From an uncultured cyanobacterium (lineage in GTDB: Bacteria; Cyanobacteriota; Cyanobacteriia; Cyanobacteriales; Nostocaceae): a stretch of 64,000 nt of DNA. A program made the position numbers and the translations under genes. The DNA is taken from positions 4,256,001-4,320,000 of the forward strand of contig OY970166.1 in the NCBI GenBank assembly GCA_963706595.1, read 5' to 3'. A model generated the notes under the pieces. The model was not told the DNA's origin. It did no database searches and was given only the letters and a program-made list of their open reading frames with translations. Below, one piece after another: positions 22,286 to 33,246 of this stretch (within the stretch, counting starts at the first letter, position 1; each line of letters begins with the position of its first letter).

Positions 22286-23500
22286 ATGGCCGCAAACAAA
22301 GAACGCCTGTTACTCATAAAACCCCTCGGTCGGTGGCGAATAATTTTGGCAGCTTCTATCACTGTAGCGACTGGATTAGTAACTTTTTACAGCTTTTCAC
22401 AAAATCGATTTAGCGCCCAAGTTCAAACTCCCCCAGCCAATTTGCCAAAGACTACCGCTACCGCCACCCCAGCCAAACTTGCGGTGACAGCTTTAGGACG
22501 TTTGCAACCTGACGGTGAAGTGACTCAGTTATCTGCGCCCAATTCAGTCAACGGTGTGCGGGTAGAAAAAAGCTTGGTCAAGGAAGGAGAAGAAGTTAAA
22601 GCTGGGCAAGTATTGGCATATCTAGAAAATTATGCTCGCGCCACAACCGCCCTGCAACAGGCTGTAGACCAACACGAAGTTGCTAAAGCTAAACTAGCAC
22701 AAGTGCAGTCTGGAGCTAAAGCTGGAGATATTGCCGCCCAAAGAGTTGCGATCGCGCGTTTAGAGTCACAATTAAAAGGAGACATTGCGGCTCAACAAGC
22801 CACAATTAACCGCATCCAGGCCGAAGTAGATAACGCCCAAAGCGAAAACAATAGATATCAGCAACTATACAAAGACGGTGCTGTTGCCGCCTCCGTCGCA
22901 GATAGTAAAGCTTTGCAACTCAAAACTGTACAACAGCAGCTCATAGAAGCCAAAGCCAGCCTTAACCGCACCCAAAATACCCTTCAAGACCAACTCAAAG
23001 AAGGCAAAGCCAGACTAAACAGTATTAGCGAAGTGCGTACCGTTGACGTAGAATTGGCACAAACTGAAGTGAATAGTGCTGTAACTGCGATCAAACAAGC
23101 AAAAGCAGACCAAGAATTGACTTACCTAAAATCTCCCATAAACGGCCAAATTCTCAAACTTCACGCCAAAACAGGAGAAGTAATTAGCAACGCTGGATTT
23201 GCGGAGATAGGTAAAATATCGCAAATGTATGTGATCGCAGAAGTTTATCAAACCGATATTCAAAAAGTCAAATTAGGTCAAAAAGCTACCATTAATAGTA
23301 ATGCCTTTCCTGGTAAAATACAGGGAACCGTCAGCGAAATTGGTTGGCAAGTTGACAGACAAAGCATCTTCAGTCTTAATCCCGCAGCAGATACAGACCG
23401 CAGAATAGTGGAAGTAAAAATCAGCATCAATGACCCCGCAGATAGTCAACGGGTAGCGCGTTTAACAAACTTACAAGTAGATGTCGCCATTCAACTCTAA
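22286..23500 (+). CDS. hgdB: DevB-family membrane fusion protein (HgdB)
   Basis: VTALGRLQP, coiled coil, AEVYQTDI, DRRIVEVKI; position in the hgl island. Confidence 0.87.
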   Translation: MAANKERLLLIKPLGRWRIILAASITVATGLVTFYSFSQNRFSAQVQTPPANLPKTTATATPAKLAVTALGRLQPDGEVTQLSAPNSVNGVRVEKSLVKEGEEVKAGQVLAYLENYARATTALQQAVDQHEVAKAKLAQVQSGAKAGDIAAQRVAIARLESQLKGDIAAQQATINRIQAEVDNAQSENNRYQQLYKDGAVAASVADSKALQLKTVQQQLIEAKASLNRTQNTLQDQLKEGKARLNSISEVRTVDVELAQTEVNSAVTAIKQAKADQELTYLKSPINGQILKLHAKTGEVISNAGFAEIGKISQMYVIAEVYQTDIQKVKLGQKATINSNAFPGKIQGTVSEIGWQVDRQSIFSLNPAADTDRRIVEVKISINDPADSQRVARLTNLQVDVAIQL

Positions 23501-23502
23501 TT

Positions 23503-23580
23503 CAAGACGTGATTTATCGCATCTCTACAAGACGTGATTTATCGCATCTCTACAAGACGCGATAAATCGCGTCTCTACAA
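23503..23580. repeat. Three tandem 25-bp REP-like units
   Basis: CAAGACGYGATWWATCGCRTCTCTA at 23503, 23528 and 23553; palindromic core; reverse complement begins GTAG. Confidence 0.85.
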
Positions 23581-23606
23581 AACAATATCCCAGATGGTAT
23601 TAAACC

Positions 23607-24785
23607 ATGAATTTTAAAATTCCTTTAGCGTGGCTACAGCTAGCCCAACAAAAAGTTAGGTTTCTGGTAGCTGTAGCTGGAATTGCATTTATTGTACTGC
23701 TGACCTTCATCCAACTAGGCTTTCAAGATGCACTGTATTCTAGTGCTACTGCACTGCATCAAAATCTCCGCGGCGATTTATTTTTAGTTAGTTCGCAATA
23801 TAAATCTTTGACCGCAACTCAAAGTTTTTCCCGCAGTCGTTTATACCAAACCTTGGGTTTTGATGGTGTAGAGTCAGTTAGCCCCATATATTTGCAATTT
23901 GCGAAATTAAAGAACCCAGCAACTGGAGAAAAATATTCCATATATGTGATTGGTTTTGACCCCGGAAAATCTGTATTTAATATACCCGAAGTTGCTGAAA
24001 ATTTAGACAAACTCAAAATTCCGGATATTGTCCTTTTTGATCGAATTTCCCGCCCAGAGTTTGGTCCAATCGCCGCCAATTTTGATGCTGGAAATACTGA
24101 GCAGACAATTGAACTATTTCCCTTTGATGCTCCCATTGGTTACAGAATCAGAGTCGGAGGCTTATTCAGCTTAGGTCCTTCCTTTGGTGTAGATGGTAAT
24201 TTAATTGTCAGTGATTCAACTTTTCTCCGGATAAATCCTAATACTCGCCCAGCAGACATGATTGATATTGGTGTGATCACTCTAAATGCTGAGGCAAATC
24301 CAGAGCAAGTTTTGCAAAAATTGGCAGCCAGCTTACCTAATGATATCCAAGTTTTTACTCGTCAAGGCTTTATTGATTTCGAGAAACAATATTGGTCTGT
24401 GAGAACACCCATCGGTTTTATACTTAACCTCATGCTGACTATGGCTTCTGTGGTTGGTGTGGTAATTGTCTATCAAATCCTTTACAGCAATATTGCCAAT
24501 CAATTAGTTGCTTACGCAACCTTAAAAGCTATTGGATATGCCAATGGATATCTACTAAATGTAGTTTTTCAACAAGCATTAATTCTGGCTTTGTTAGGTT
24601 ATATTCCAGGGTTTATCTTTTCCATAGGCTTGTATAGTTTTGCTATGGAAGTGACTAAATTACCAATTATGATGACTGCAAACAATGCCATAATTGTTTT
24701 AGTTTCAGCAGTTTTAATGTGCATAACTTCAGGGTCACTTGCTATCAATAAACTTCGTTCCGCAGACCCGGCTGATATTTTCTAA
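23607..24785 (+). CDS. hgdC: DevC-family ABC permease (HgdC)
   Basis: IPLAWLQL, QLGFQDALY, YATLKAIGY, LRSADPADIF. Confidence 0.88.
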   Translation: MNFKIPLAWLQLAQQKVRFLVAVAGIAFIVLLTFIQLGFQDALYSSATALHQNLRGDLFLVSSQYKSLTATQSFSRSRLYQTLGFDGVESVSPIYLQFAKLKNPATGEKYSIYVIGFDPGKSVFNIPEVAENLDKLKIPDIVLFDRISRPEFGPIAANFDAGNTEQTIELFPFDAPIGYRIRVGGLFSLGPSFGVDGNLIVSDSTFLRINPNTRPADMIDIGVITLNAEANPEQVLQKLAASLPNDIQVFTRQGFIDFEKQYWSVRTPIGFILNLMLTMASVVGVVIVYQILYSNIANQLVAYATLKAIGYANGYLLNVVFQQALILALLGYIPGFIFSIGLYSFAMEVTKLPIMMTANNAIIVLVSAVLMCITSGSLAINKLRSADPADIF

Positions 24786-25005
24786 ATACACCAATTCTTC
24801 CTAATTATGTACTTATCTGAAAGCAGAAATAGCCTTCTAGAAAAGTATGCTAGTTCGCCCTTGGCGTTCCCATAGGCTATAAATTAAAAAGCCCAAAATG
24901 CCAAGGATAACTAAACTTACAGGTAATTAAGTATTAGTTCATAAAACAGAGCTAATACTGGTTATTCCACTCAAATTCCCTAATTTACCCATCACTTATA
25001 CCACT

Positions 25006-25995
25006 ATGAACCTCCAAAACAAAACTCTCTTAATCACTGGTATCGATGAATTTGTTGGTTTGCGTGCAGCCGAATTAGCAATAGCGCAAGGAATGAAAGT
25101 TCGGGGACTACAAAGTTCAACAGAGGTGAATAAAACAGCACAAAATTTGGGAATTGAGATCATTGTTGGTAACATTACCGATGCTAAAATTGCCCAAAAA
25201 GCTTGTCAGGGTGTAGATATTGTTTTACATACGGCTCAAATTGCTCAGGAAGCTGGCGCAATTAAAGAATTTCGTGAAGTAAATGTTGGCGGTACGGTTA
25301 ATATAGCTAAAGCTGCTAAAAATGCTGGGGTAAAAACTTTTGTCCATCTTTCTAGTGTGATGGTTTACGGTTTTAATTATGCAGATGGTATTACAGAATC
25401 TGGCACTCTATCCGGTGATAATAATTCCTACTGTCAAACCAAAATAGAAGCCGAAGCTGAACTTCTACCCCTGAATTCTCCTCCTGATTTTGGTGTAATT
25501 ATTCTCCGGGCTGGAGATGTTTATGGTCCTGGTAGTACTTCTTGGGTTGTCCGACCAATTCTGATGATGCGTCAAAAATTATTTGCTTATGCAAATGATG
25601 GTCAAGGAGTGATGAATCATGTCTATGTGGATAACTTGATTGATGCTGTTTTCCTCGCAATTCAAAAAGAAACCTACGGGGAAATTTTTAATATTACCGA
25701 CGGTCAAGAAACTTCCTGGAAAGAGTATTTTCTGCGTTTAGCTGCAATGGAAGGTTTAGCTGCGCCGATGTCTTTACCTAAAGAGGAGATGAAGTTATTT
25801 CTCAAGCTGCGCGCCCAAGGACAAAAACTGTTTCGCAAAAAAGCTGATATTCTCCCAGAGTCTGTAGATTTTATGAGTCGTCCTCATGCTTATTCCATTG
25901 CTAAAGCCCAAAATCTGTTAGATTATAAACCAAAAATTGATTTAGAAGATGGTTTACGACTAACACAAGAATGGATTCAAAAAACTGATATCTAA
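25006..25995 (+). CDS. hgdA: NAD-dependent epimerase/dehydratase-family protein (HgdA)
   Basis: Extended SDR motifs HLSSVMVYG, YCQTK, VYGPG; follows hgdC. Confidence 0.8.
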   Translation: MNLQNKTLLITGIDEFVGLRAAELAIAQGMKVRGLQSSTEVNKTAQNLGIEIIVGNITDAKIAQKACQGVDIVLHTAQIAQEAGAIKEFREVNVGGTVNIAKAAKNAGVKTFVHLSSVMVYGFNYADGITESGTLSGDNNSYCQTKIEAEAELLPLNSPPDFGVIILRAGDVYGPGSTSWVVRPILMMRQKLFAYANDGQGVMNHVYVDNLIDAVFLAIQKETYGEIFNITDGQETSWKEYFLRLAAMEGLAAPMSLPKEEMKLFLKLRAQGQKLFRKKADILPESVDFMSRPHAYSIAKAQNLLDYKPKIDLEDGLRLTQEWIQKTDI

Positions 25996-26038
25996 AAGCT
26001 AGTGAAATGCCTTTAGATTTTACTTAGCCTTTTTTTAT

Positions 26039-27025
26039 ATGAGCGACAATATACCACGAGTAAGCATTGGTTTGCCTGTATATAATGGCGAGAAATTTAT
26101 CAAAGCAGCCCTCGATGCACTTTTGGCTCAGACTTTTGAAAATTTCGAGTTAATCATCTCAGATAATGCTTCGACAGATAATACTGAAGAAATTTGTCGG
26201 GCTTATGCGGCTCAAGATAAACGTATTCGTTACTACCGCAATCAGAGTAATCTTGGTTGTTCATGTAACTTCAATCGTGTCTTTGAATTGTCTGTGGGCG
26301 AATACTTTAAATGGGCAGCTTATGATGATTTACACGCTCCTGAGTTTCTGATGAAATGTGTGGAAATACTTGACAATAATCCCAAAGTGGTATTATGCCA
26401 TCCTCAAGTATATTTCATAGATGAAAATGGTAATTTTCTGCAAAACTACAATATTCAACTCAAGACTGATTCAGAAAAACCTCACAAGCGTTTTCACGAG
26501 TTGCTGACTAAGCATCTCTGCTATCAGACTTATGGTGTAATTCGTGCCAGCACTCTGCGAAAAGTGCCACCTATGGGTAGTTATGGGACTGCGGATGGAA
26601 TTTTATTGTTAAGAATTGGGTTGCTTGGGCAATTTTATGAAATTCCTGAATATCTATTCTTTGCTAGAAGCCATTCGCAGCAATCGTTGAGTATGTTTTT
26701 CCCCAATTATCATTTATTGGGGGACAATCAATCAAAATCTCCTCCTAGCATTTTACCTGACTTTTATGCTTACACAGTTTGGTTTGACTCAGCCAAAAAA
26801 GGCAAGATATTATTTCCACATTGGAGAATAGTTTGGGAATACATGGTTTCTGTCTGGCTGTTTAAACTGAGCCTTTATCAGCGCCTACGTTGCCATATCA
26901 GTATTTATCAGCAGTTGCACGGTACAGAATATTTGTTGCTTAAAGATTTACTGAAAGTAGCTCAAATATTATGGCAGCGTTGTTGGCAGTATCCATCTAT
27001 AAACAATGAAAAAATCATCCCTTAA
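26039..27025 (+). CDS. Glycosyltransferase family 2
   Basis: VSIGLPVYNGE, ISDNASTD, WAAYDD GT-A motifs. Confidence 0.88.
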   Translation: MSDNIPRVSIGLPVYNGEKFIKAALDALLAQTFENFELIISDNASTDNTEEICRAYAAQDKRIRYYRNQSNLGCSCNFNRVFELSVGEYFKWAAYDDLHAPEFLMKCVEILDNNPKVVLCHPQVYFIDENGNFLQNYNIQLKTDSEKPHKRFHELLTKHLCYQTYGVIRASTLRKVPPMGSYGTADGILLLRIGLLGQFYEIPEYLFFARSHSQQSLSMFFPNYHLLGDNQSKSPPSILPDFYAYTVWFDSAKKGKILFPHWRIVWEYMVSVWLFKLSLYQRLRCHISIYQQLHGTEYLLLKDLLKVAQILWQRCWQYPSINNEKIIP

Positions 27026-27082
27026 AGGGATTGCTGTGACAAATTATTTCCAAGTAAAATCACATTTTCAATTCCCCAAACT

Positions 27083-27557
27083 ATGTTGAACATTACTCAT
27101 TTTAGTCGTGTACTTCTAGCTACTTTATTGAGCCTGAGCTTTGCGAGAACTGTAAGCGCCGAGCCAACTGCAACTCTTACAGTTGTAGTCAATGGCATCA
27201 GCAATCAAAAGGGGACGATTTGCATGGGCATTTACTCCCGTGCTAAGGGATTTCCGATGAGTACCTGATGATGTGGTAACAAGCGCTTGTGTGCAGCCTC
27301 AAGGCAAGACTTTAACTCACAAATTCTCTGGTTTGAAGCAGGGAACTTATGCGGTTGCGGTAGTAGATGATCAGAATAGCGATCGCAAACTCAATAAAGA
27401 CTTTCTCGGTATTCCTCAAGAAGGTTTTGGTCTTTCCCGAAATCCCACTGTCTCAATAGCAACTGGTACACCAAGTTTTTATGATGCCAGTTTTATATTG
27501 ATGCCAAATCAAAATACCAAAATCAACATTTTGATGAAATATTCCCTTGATTCATAA
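27083..27557 (+). CDS. DUF2141-like exported protein, +1 frameshift near 27264
   Basis: Signal peptide, then GTYAVAVVDDQN..GIPQEGFGLSRNP; deleting one C in AGTACCTGA fuses ORFs 27083-27268 and 27273-27557. Confidence 0.78.
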
Positions 27558-27718
27558 AAGTAGCTAGTGGGGGATTGAAAAAGAAGCAGGGGAGCGGGGA
27601 GTAAGAAATTATTTTAAACTTCCGGTTACTTAACAACCATTCTTATTCTCCCCAGCCCCCAGCCCCTTTTCCTCTTCTCCCCACTCCCCACTCCCTACTC
27701 CCTACTCCCCAGCTATAT

Positions 27719-28978
27719 ATGAAAGAGTTGACGATATTCATTAATCAGTCTTTGCTGAGTTGGCTGGCTATTCAAATGTGTTTAGCGCTGGTGTTTCTGT
27801 TATACCTGCGATCGCACCAAGAAAACATCTTAGCCGATGAGCAGTTACCCAAAACGGCTGTAATTCTTTGTCTGCGGGGAGCCGATCCGTATTTACCTAA
27901 CTGCGTCGAGGCGCTGTTAAATCAGAATTATCCAGAGTACGATTTAAAGCTGATTGTTGATAGTCAAGAAGATCCGGCTTGGCAAATTGTCAATGATATT
28001 ATCAACGAACAAGGAGCCATCAACGTCCAAGTCAGCCCTCTGAGGACTATACGACATGACTGTAGTCTCAAATGTAGTTCGCTGTTGCAAGCTGTTTCCG
28101 AGTTGGATGATTCCTATCAGGCGATCGCCTTAGTAGATGGTGATACTATTGTTCATACTAATTGGTTACGTGAATTAGTTAGTCCTCTCGCTGATCCCAA
28201 AGTCGGCGCAACCACGGGGAACCGTTGGTTTGTACCTACAGGTAACTATTGGGGGTCTTTGGTCCGCTACATCGGTAATGTCTCTACTGTGGTGCAAATG
28301 TACCTGTTCCAAGTTCCTTGGGGTGGAACTTTGGCGATTAAAACAGATGTGCTGCGCCAAACAGGTCTGTTAGATAAGTGGAGACAGGCTTTCGGCGAAG
28401 ATTTTATGATCCACAAAATCCTCAAAAAACATGGGATGCGGGTTAAGCTTGTACCTTCCTTGATTATGCTCAATCGGGAAGAGTGTGATTTACTGGGATT
28501 AATAGACGCACTCAAGCGTCTCATCTTGTATTCTCGACTTTATCATCCCAGTTGGTTAGCGATAGTTGGTGATGCAGTTTCGAGTATTCTGTTTCCTTTT
28601 GTGGCCATAATTCTGTTTCTATTATCGTTGTTAGATGCACAGTGGGATTTAGCCGTTTTATTGTTTTCCACTTATTGCATTTACACTGTGGGACTACTCT
28701 TAGTAACGCTGATTTTAGAGTTAGGGGTAAGCCAAGTGATTTACTCTCATGGTCAGCCCACTTCAAAATTATCAATGGCGACAATAGCCAAAATATTCAT
28801 TGCTATTCCCCTCACGCAATGGGTATATGGATTAGCTTTGCTCTCGTCATTATGGATGTCAACAGTTAAATGGCGCGGTATTGTTTACCGTGTGCAAAAT
28901 GCCTGGAATATCCGATTAGTTGAATACCATCCTTATGATTTGTTGGATCAACCTATTGACAGCAAAATTTCTCTTTGA
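27719..28978 (+). CDS. Glycosyltransferase family 2 (ceramide glucosyltransferase-like), membrane-bound
   Basis: VILCLRGADP, CSLKCS, LVDGD, PWGG, GED motifs; C-terminal TM helices. Confidence 0.85.
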   Translation: MKELTIFINQSLLSWLAIQMCLALVFLLYLRSHQENILADEQLPKTAVILCLRGADPYLPNCVEALLNQNYPEYDLKLIVDSQEDPAWQIVNDIINEQGAINVQVSPLRTIRHDCSLKCSSLLQAVSELDDSYQAIALVDGDTIVHTNWLRELVSPLADPKVGATTGNRWFVPTGNYWGSLVRYIGNVSTVVQMYLFQVPWGGTLAIKTDVLRQTGLLDKWRQAFGEDFMIHKILKKHGMRVKLVPSLIMLNREECDLLGLIDALKRLILYSRLYHPSWLAIVGDAVSSILFPFVAIILFLLSLLDAQWDLAVLLFSTYCIYTVGLLLVTLILELGVSQVIYSHGQPTSKLSMATIAKIFIAIPLTQWVYGLALLSSLWMSTVKWRGIVYRVQNAWNIRLVEYHPYDLLDQPIDSKISL

Positions 28979-29081
28979 GGTAAATCAATGAGACGCGATG
29001 GAGACGGGATGAAGACGCGATGAATCACGTCTGTACAAGAAAGTTCATCTTTCAGAGTCAACCATACAGCAGTAATTAAAG

Positions 29082-30344
29082 ATGAACGACTTGGTAATAT
29101 TCATATCTAGGTGTCTAACCGTTAGCTTGGCTGTTCAAGTATGTTTTATGTTAGTGTTTTTGTGGCATCTATCCTCATCCCCAAAAAATCTCTTAGCAGA
29201 TGAAGATTTACCCAAAACGGCAGTGATTCTTTGCCTACGTGGCGCTGATCCGTTTTTGAGTGATTGTTTGCGGGCGCTGTTGAATCAGAATTACACGCAG
29301 TATGATTTAAAAATAGTCGTTGATCGGATGGAAGATCCAGCATGGACAATTGCTACGGATACTGTCCAGGAACATGGCGCGACTAATGTGCAAATCAGCC
29401 CGTTGCGAATTATCCGGAGAAATTGCAGTCTCAAATGTAGTGCTTTAATCCAAGCGGTGACAGAATTGGATGATTCTTATCAAGCGATCGCCTTAGTAGA
29501 TGCTGATACAATTGTTCATGAGCATTGGCTGCGTGAATTAGTCACTCCTTTAGCTCATCCCCATATTGGCGCGACAACGGGGAACCGTTGGTATGTCCCT
29601 ACAGGTAGCCATTGGGGTTCTATAGTTCGGTATATGTGGAACGTATCTGCGGTGGTGCAGATGTATTTATATGGTATTCCTTGGGGCGGGAGTATGGCGG
29701 TAAAAACAGCAGTCATTCATCAAACAAAATTGCTGGATAAGTGGGGAAAAGCCTTCTGTGAAGATACAATGATGCGTCATATTTTAGGTAAACATAAAAT
29801 ACAGATTAAATTTGTACCTTCTTTGATGATGCTGAATCAAGAAGAGTGTGATTTAACTGATTTAAAAACTTGGATGCAGCGCCAACTTTTGTTTTGCAGA
29901 CTTTATCACCCCCACTGGTTTGCAGTAGTAGGTAACGCGATTTTAACAATCCTGTGTCCTACTCTTTTGAGTGTATTGTTTGTAGCAGCTTTGCTAACTG
30001 GACAATGGTATGCTGCATCATTATCTCTGAGCTACTATAGCAGCTATGTAGTGGCATTACTATTGATTGTACTTTTCTTAGAACAAGCAGTACAGCTAGT
30101 TATTCGCGCTGATCATCAACCAAGTGCAAAATTATCCGTTGCGGCAATTTTCAAGATGTTAATGGGAATTCCCTTAACACAATGGGTTTATGGGTTCGTA
30201 TTCCTCTCTTCTCTCTGGATGTCAAAAGTTAAATGGCGTGGGATCACCTATAAATTCAAAAGTCCCTGGAAGATTCGGTTAGTTGAATATCGTCCTTATC
30301 GGTCGGGAGACAAACCTGTTTTGCCAAATATTTCTTTGAATTGA
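29082..30344 (+). CDS. Glycosyltransferase family 2, tandem paralog of the preceding gene
   Basis: Same motifs (VILCLRGADP, LVDAD, PWGG, CED). Confidence 0.85.
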   Translation: MNDLVIFISRCLTVSLAVQVCFMLVFLWHLSSSPKNLLADEDLPKTAVILCLRGADPFLSDCLRALLNQNYTQYDLKIVVDRMEDPAWTIATDTVQEHGATNVQISPLRIIRRNCSLKCSALIQAVTELDDSYQAIALVDADTIVHEHWLRELVTPLAHPHIGATTGNRWYVPTGSHWGSIVRYMWNVSAVVQMYLYGIPWGGSMAVKTAVIHQTKLLDKWGKAFCEDTMMRHILGKHKIQIKFVPSLMMLNQEECDLTDLKTWMQRQLLFCRLYHPHWFAVVGNAILTILCPTLLSVLFVAALLTGQWYAASLSLSYYSSYVVALLLIVLFLEQAVQLVIRADHQPSAKLSVAAIFKMLMGIPLTQWVYGFVFLSSLWMSKVKWRGITYKFKSPWKIRLVEYRPYRSGDKPVLPNISLN

Positions 30345-30415
30345 TCATGCAATGCGCTCGAAAAGCATAAAGAGACCTTTTTTTCGGTTCTAAAATACAC
30401 AAAAGCACTAAAATT

Positions 30416-31678
30416 ATGAACAAGCAACCGCTTCGTATTGCTCTGTTTACAGGATTGTATGCTCCTTTTTTAACAGGGGTTTCAATTGCAGTCCATCAAA
30501 GGGTGCGCTGGTTACTCGAACAAGGGCATGAAGTTTTTCTAATCCATCCAGAAATTAACGATCAGTATCCTAAAAATGTTAGCAATCGTCCTATGGCAGG
30601 ACTGGAAGAATTGCAGTGTTTTCCTAATTTTTCTGCTTATGCTTTCCCCACAAAGCCACTAATTTTTTACAAGTCTTTACCCCAACCATTACACTATCGC
30701 CATTGGAGTGATACTAAGTTATTAGAAAAGTTTAAACCCAATATTGTAGTAGTAGAAGAAGCTCCGCAAATGCGAGGTTTCTATTCAATGTTCTTGCAAG
30801 GTTATGGTCGCCCCATTGGGGTTGAATATGCGAAGAAAACGGGGACTCCAATTATTTCTGTTTTCCACACTGATATTGTTGCCTACATTCAATACTACTT
30901 GGGTAATCAGATTTTCAATTTGATGCGTCCGATTATTCCCTTTTTAGTCAAGCAGTCCACTGAAGTCTATGATCGCAATTTATTTCCTTCTCAAGGACAA
31001 CTCCTAAAGTACAAAGAACTGAATTGCCAACGGGGTGAATATGTTCCTTATCAAGGAATTGATTGTGAAAAATTTCACCCCCGCAATATTATCCACAACC
31101 CGATTCCCGACGACAACAGACCAACTATCTTGTTTGTGGGACGCATTACGGCGGAAAAAAATGTCACCCAACTTATCGATATGTTTCCGCTAATTGCTGC
31201 CAAAATTCCTGATGTTCATTTGGTGATTATTGGTAGTGGTCCTTTAGATGAAGAACTGCGTCGGCGCTCCCAAAAGTTTGAAGGTATTACTATGTGGGGT
31301 GAGTCCCACGGTACAGAACTTTTGGGTTGGTTTGCTCGTGCAGATGTATTTGTCAACCCTTCTGCGACTGAAAATTTCTGCACTACAAATACCGAAGCGC
31401 TGGCTTCCGGTACTCCTTTGGTGGCTGTGGTTGCACCTTCAAGCTTTGAGCAAGTTTTTCCTGGTCGCAATGGCTTTTTAGCTGAAGCCAATAATCCTCA
31501 AGATTTTGCCGATCAGGTAGCGGCAATTTTGGCAAATTCTCAACTTAAAGCAGAAATGGCTGAACAGGCTCGTCCTTCTATACTCAAATATGATTGGTCG
31601 GCGTGTTCACAAAAGTTTGAAGATAAGCTTTATGAGATAGTTCAAGATGTTAAGAAACTAGAGCCAACAACTGTTTAA
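30416..31678 (+). CDS. hglT: Glycosyltransferase family 4, HglT
   Basis: FVGRITAEKN and ENFCTTNTEALASGTP GT-B motifs; last gene of the hgl island. Confidence 0.82.
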   Translation: MNKQPLRIALFTGLYAPFLTGVSIAVHQRVRWLLEQGHEVFLIHPEINDQYPKNVSNRPMAGLEELQCFPNFSAYAFPTKPLIFYKSLPQPLHYRHWSDTKLLEKFKPNIVVVEEAPQMRGFYSMFLQGYGRPIGVEYAKKTGTPIISVFHTDIVAYIQYYLGNQIFNLMRPIIPFLVKQSTEVYDRNLFPSQGQLLKYKELNCQRGEYVPYQGIDCEKFHPRNIIHNPIPDDNRPTILFVGRITAEKNVTQLIDMFPLIAAKIPDVHLVIIGSGPLDEELRRRSQKFEGITMWGESHGTELLGWFARADVFVNPSATENFCTTNTEALASGTPLVAVVAPSSFEQVFPGRNGFLAEANNPQDFADQVAAILANSQLKAEMAEQARPSILKYDWSACSQKFEDKLYEIVQDVKKLEPTTV

Positions 31679-31850
31679 TTCGTAATTCGTAGTTTGTAAT
31701 TCGTAATTATGCTACAATACACTCTACTGGTGTGAGGCAGGGCAAGGACTGCCCGCCCATAACAGGCATCTTGCCTGTTCCACAAGAGAAACATAATGCA
31801 TCATTTTAAGCTTGTCACGCCACTACGAATTACGAATTACGAATTAGTAA

Positions 31851-33065
31851 TTATTTTGTTGCTTTCTCAATTTGCTGAGTAAAGTATGTTTCCTCATGTT
31901 TGAGTTGTTGAGCAAGTTCTAATCCTTTTTGAAAGGCGGCGAGTGCTTGGGGATATTCTTGACGTTCTAAATATAATTTACCAATTTGATCGTAAGCTTG
32001 CATTAGTCCATAATAATTGATGGCTTGCTCTTGTGTCTCGATTAAAATTTGGCTAGTTTGCAAAGCTTCATCAATTTGTTCTTGAGCAATATATAGAGAA
32101 ATTAACTTTTGCAAAGCTTCACCAGCCCGAACATACTGGCGCGATCGCACACCCATGAGATAAGCTTCTTGATAGTTATCAAATGCTTGTTTGAGTAAAC
32201 TAGGATTTTCCTGTGCTAAGGTTTGATAATTTGAGCCAATGGCTATTTTTAATTCTGGGATTTTAGTTAGATTATTTTCCTGTTCGTAAATTTCTGCTAT
32301 TCTTTTGAGAACATCTACAGATGGCTGGGGTTGTTTTGTCTGCTGGTATATATAACGTAGCTGTTGCAGGTATGCTAACTCATTAGTTTTATCGCTCTGA
32401 GTAGCAGTTAAATTTAATAATCTCTCATAAGTGGCGGCTGCTTGAGGATAATTAAACCAACTCAAATGCAGTTCGCCCATTGTTGTCAGGGTTTGCACGA
32501 TTGCAACTGCATCTTGTTGTTGTTGCACTGCTGTTAAAATTTGCTCATAAATTTCTAAAGCTAGTTTAGGCGATCGCACTTTTTGATATGCTTCACCAAG
32601 CGATCGCATTAAATCTAAATCAACAGTTTTTTGTTTTTGTGCTTGCTTTTGGATAGTTTGCAATCGCTGCGTAATAAATCTTACCTGCTCACTAGCATTT
32701 CGGTTCCAAGCGATCGCACCAAAGCGCGATAATGCTTGCAATTCTGCCAATGAACCCAAATAGCGCCGCAAACGTACTTCCCGGTTCCAAATCGCAAATG
32801 CGGCTTCCTCATCTCCCCCTTGCAATTTAGCCGCAGCTTCCTGATTCAACTCATCCAACGCCTTCTCCAAGCTTTGCAGTTCTGTAAGAGTTAACTGCTG
32901 TTTATCAATCAAAGGCGGTAACAGTGGATCGGGTTTGGTAATTTCTAGGGGATTAGGAGCAAATTTAGTCGGCTGTTGCGGCTTTTTAGTCTCTGCTAGG
33001 GTTAACGAACTGTTAAGCTGACAGAGGACAGCGACACTAATAATAATACATAAGCGCCTGAGCAT
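31851..33065 (-). CDS. Tetratricopeptide repeat protein with signal peptide
   Basis: Helical TPR-like repeats (AYDQIGKLYLERQEYPQALAAFQKGL). ATG 33065 preferred because the upstream extension runs through a heptamer repeat. Confidence 0.8.
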   Translation of the reverse strand: MLRRLCIIISVAVLCQLNSSLTLAETKKPQQPTKFAPNPLEITKPDPLLPPLIDKQQLTLTELQSLEKALDELNQEAAAKLQGGDEEAAFAIWNREVRLRRYLGSLAELQALSRFGAIAWNRNASEQVRFITQRLQTIQKQAQKQKTVDLDLMRSLGEAYQKVRSPKLALEIYEQILTAVQQQQDAVAIVQTLTTMGELHLSWFNYPQAAATYERLLNLTATQSDKTNELAYLQQLRYIYQQTKQPQPSVDVLKRIAEIYEQENNLTKIPELKIAIGSNYQTLAQENPSLLKQAFDNYQEAYLMGVRSRQYVRAGEALQKLISLYIAQEQIDEALQTSQILIETQEQAINYYGLMQAYDQIGKLYLERQEYPQALAAFQKGLELAQQLKHEETYFTQQIEKATK

Positions 33066-33246
33066 GGGTACTTTACCTAAGATGGGAATAGAGGATAGGG
33101 TATGACTACCATACCCAAAAATTTTAACTGCCAACTTGTTTGACGCATCAAAAATCCAGAATTCTCCCCACTCCCTACTCCCTACTCCCCACTCCCTATT
33201 CCCTCTACAATGAATCCAGAGAATTTTAAATGTAATCACTAATTCT

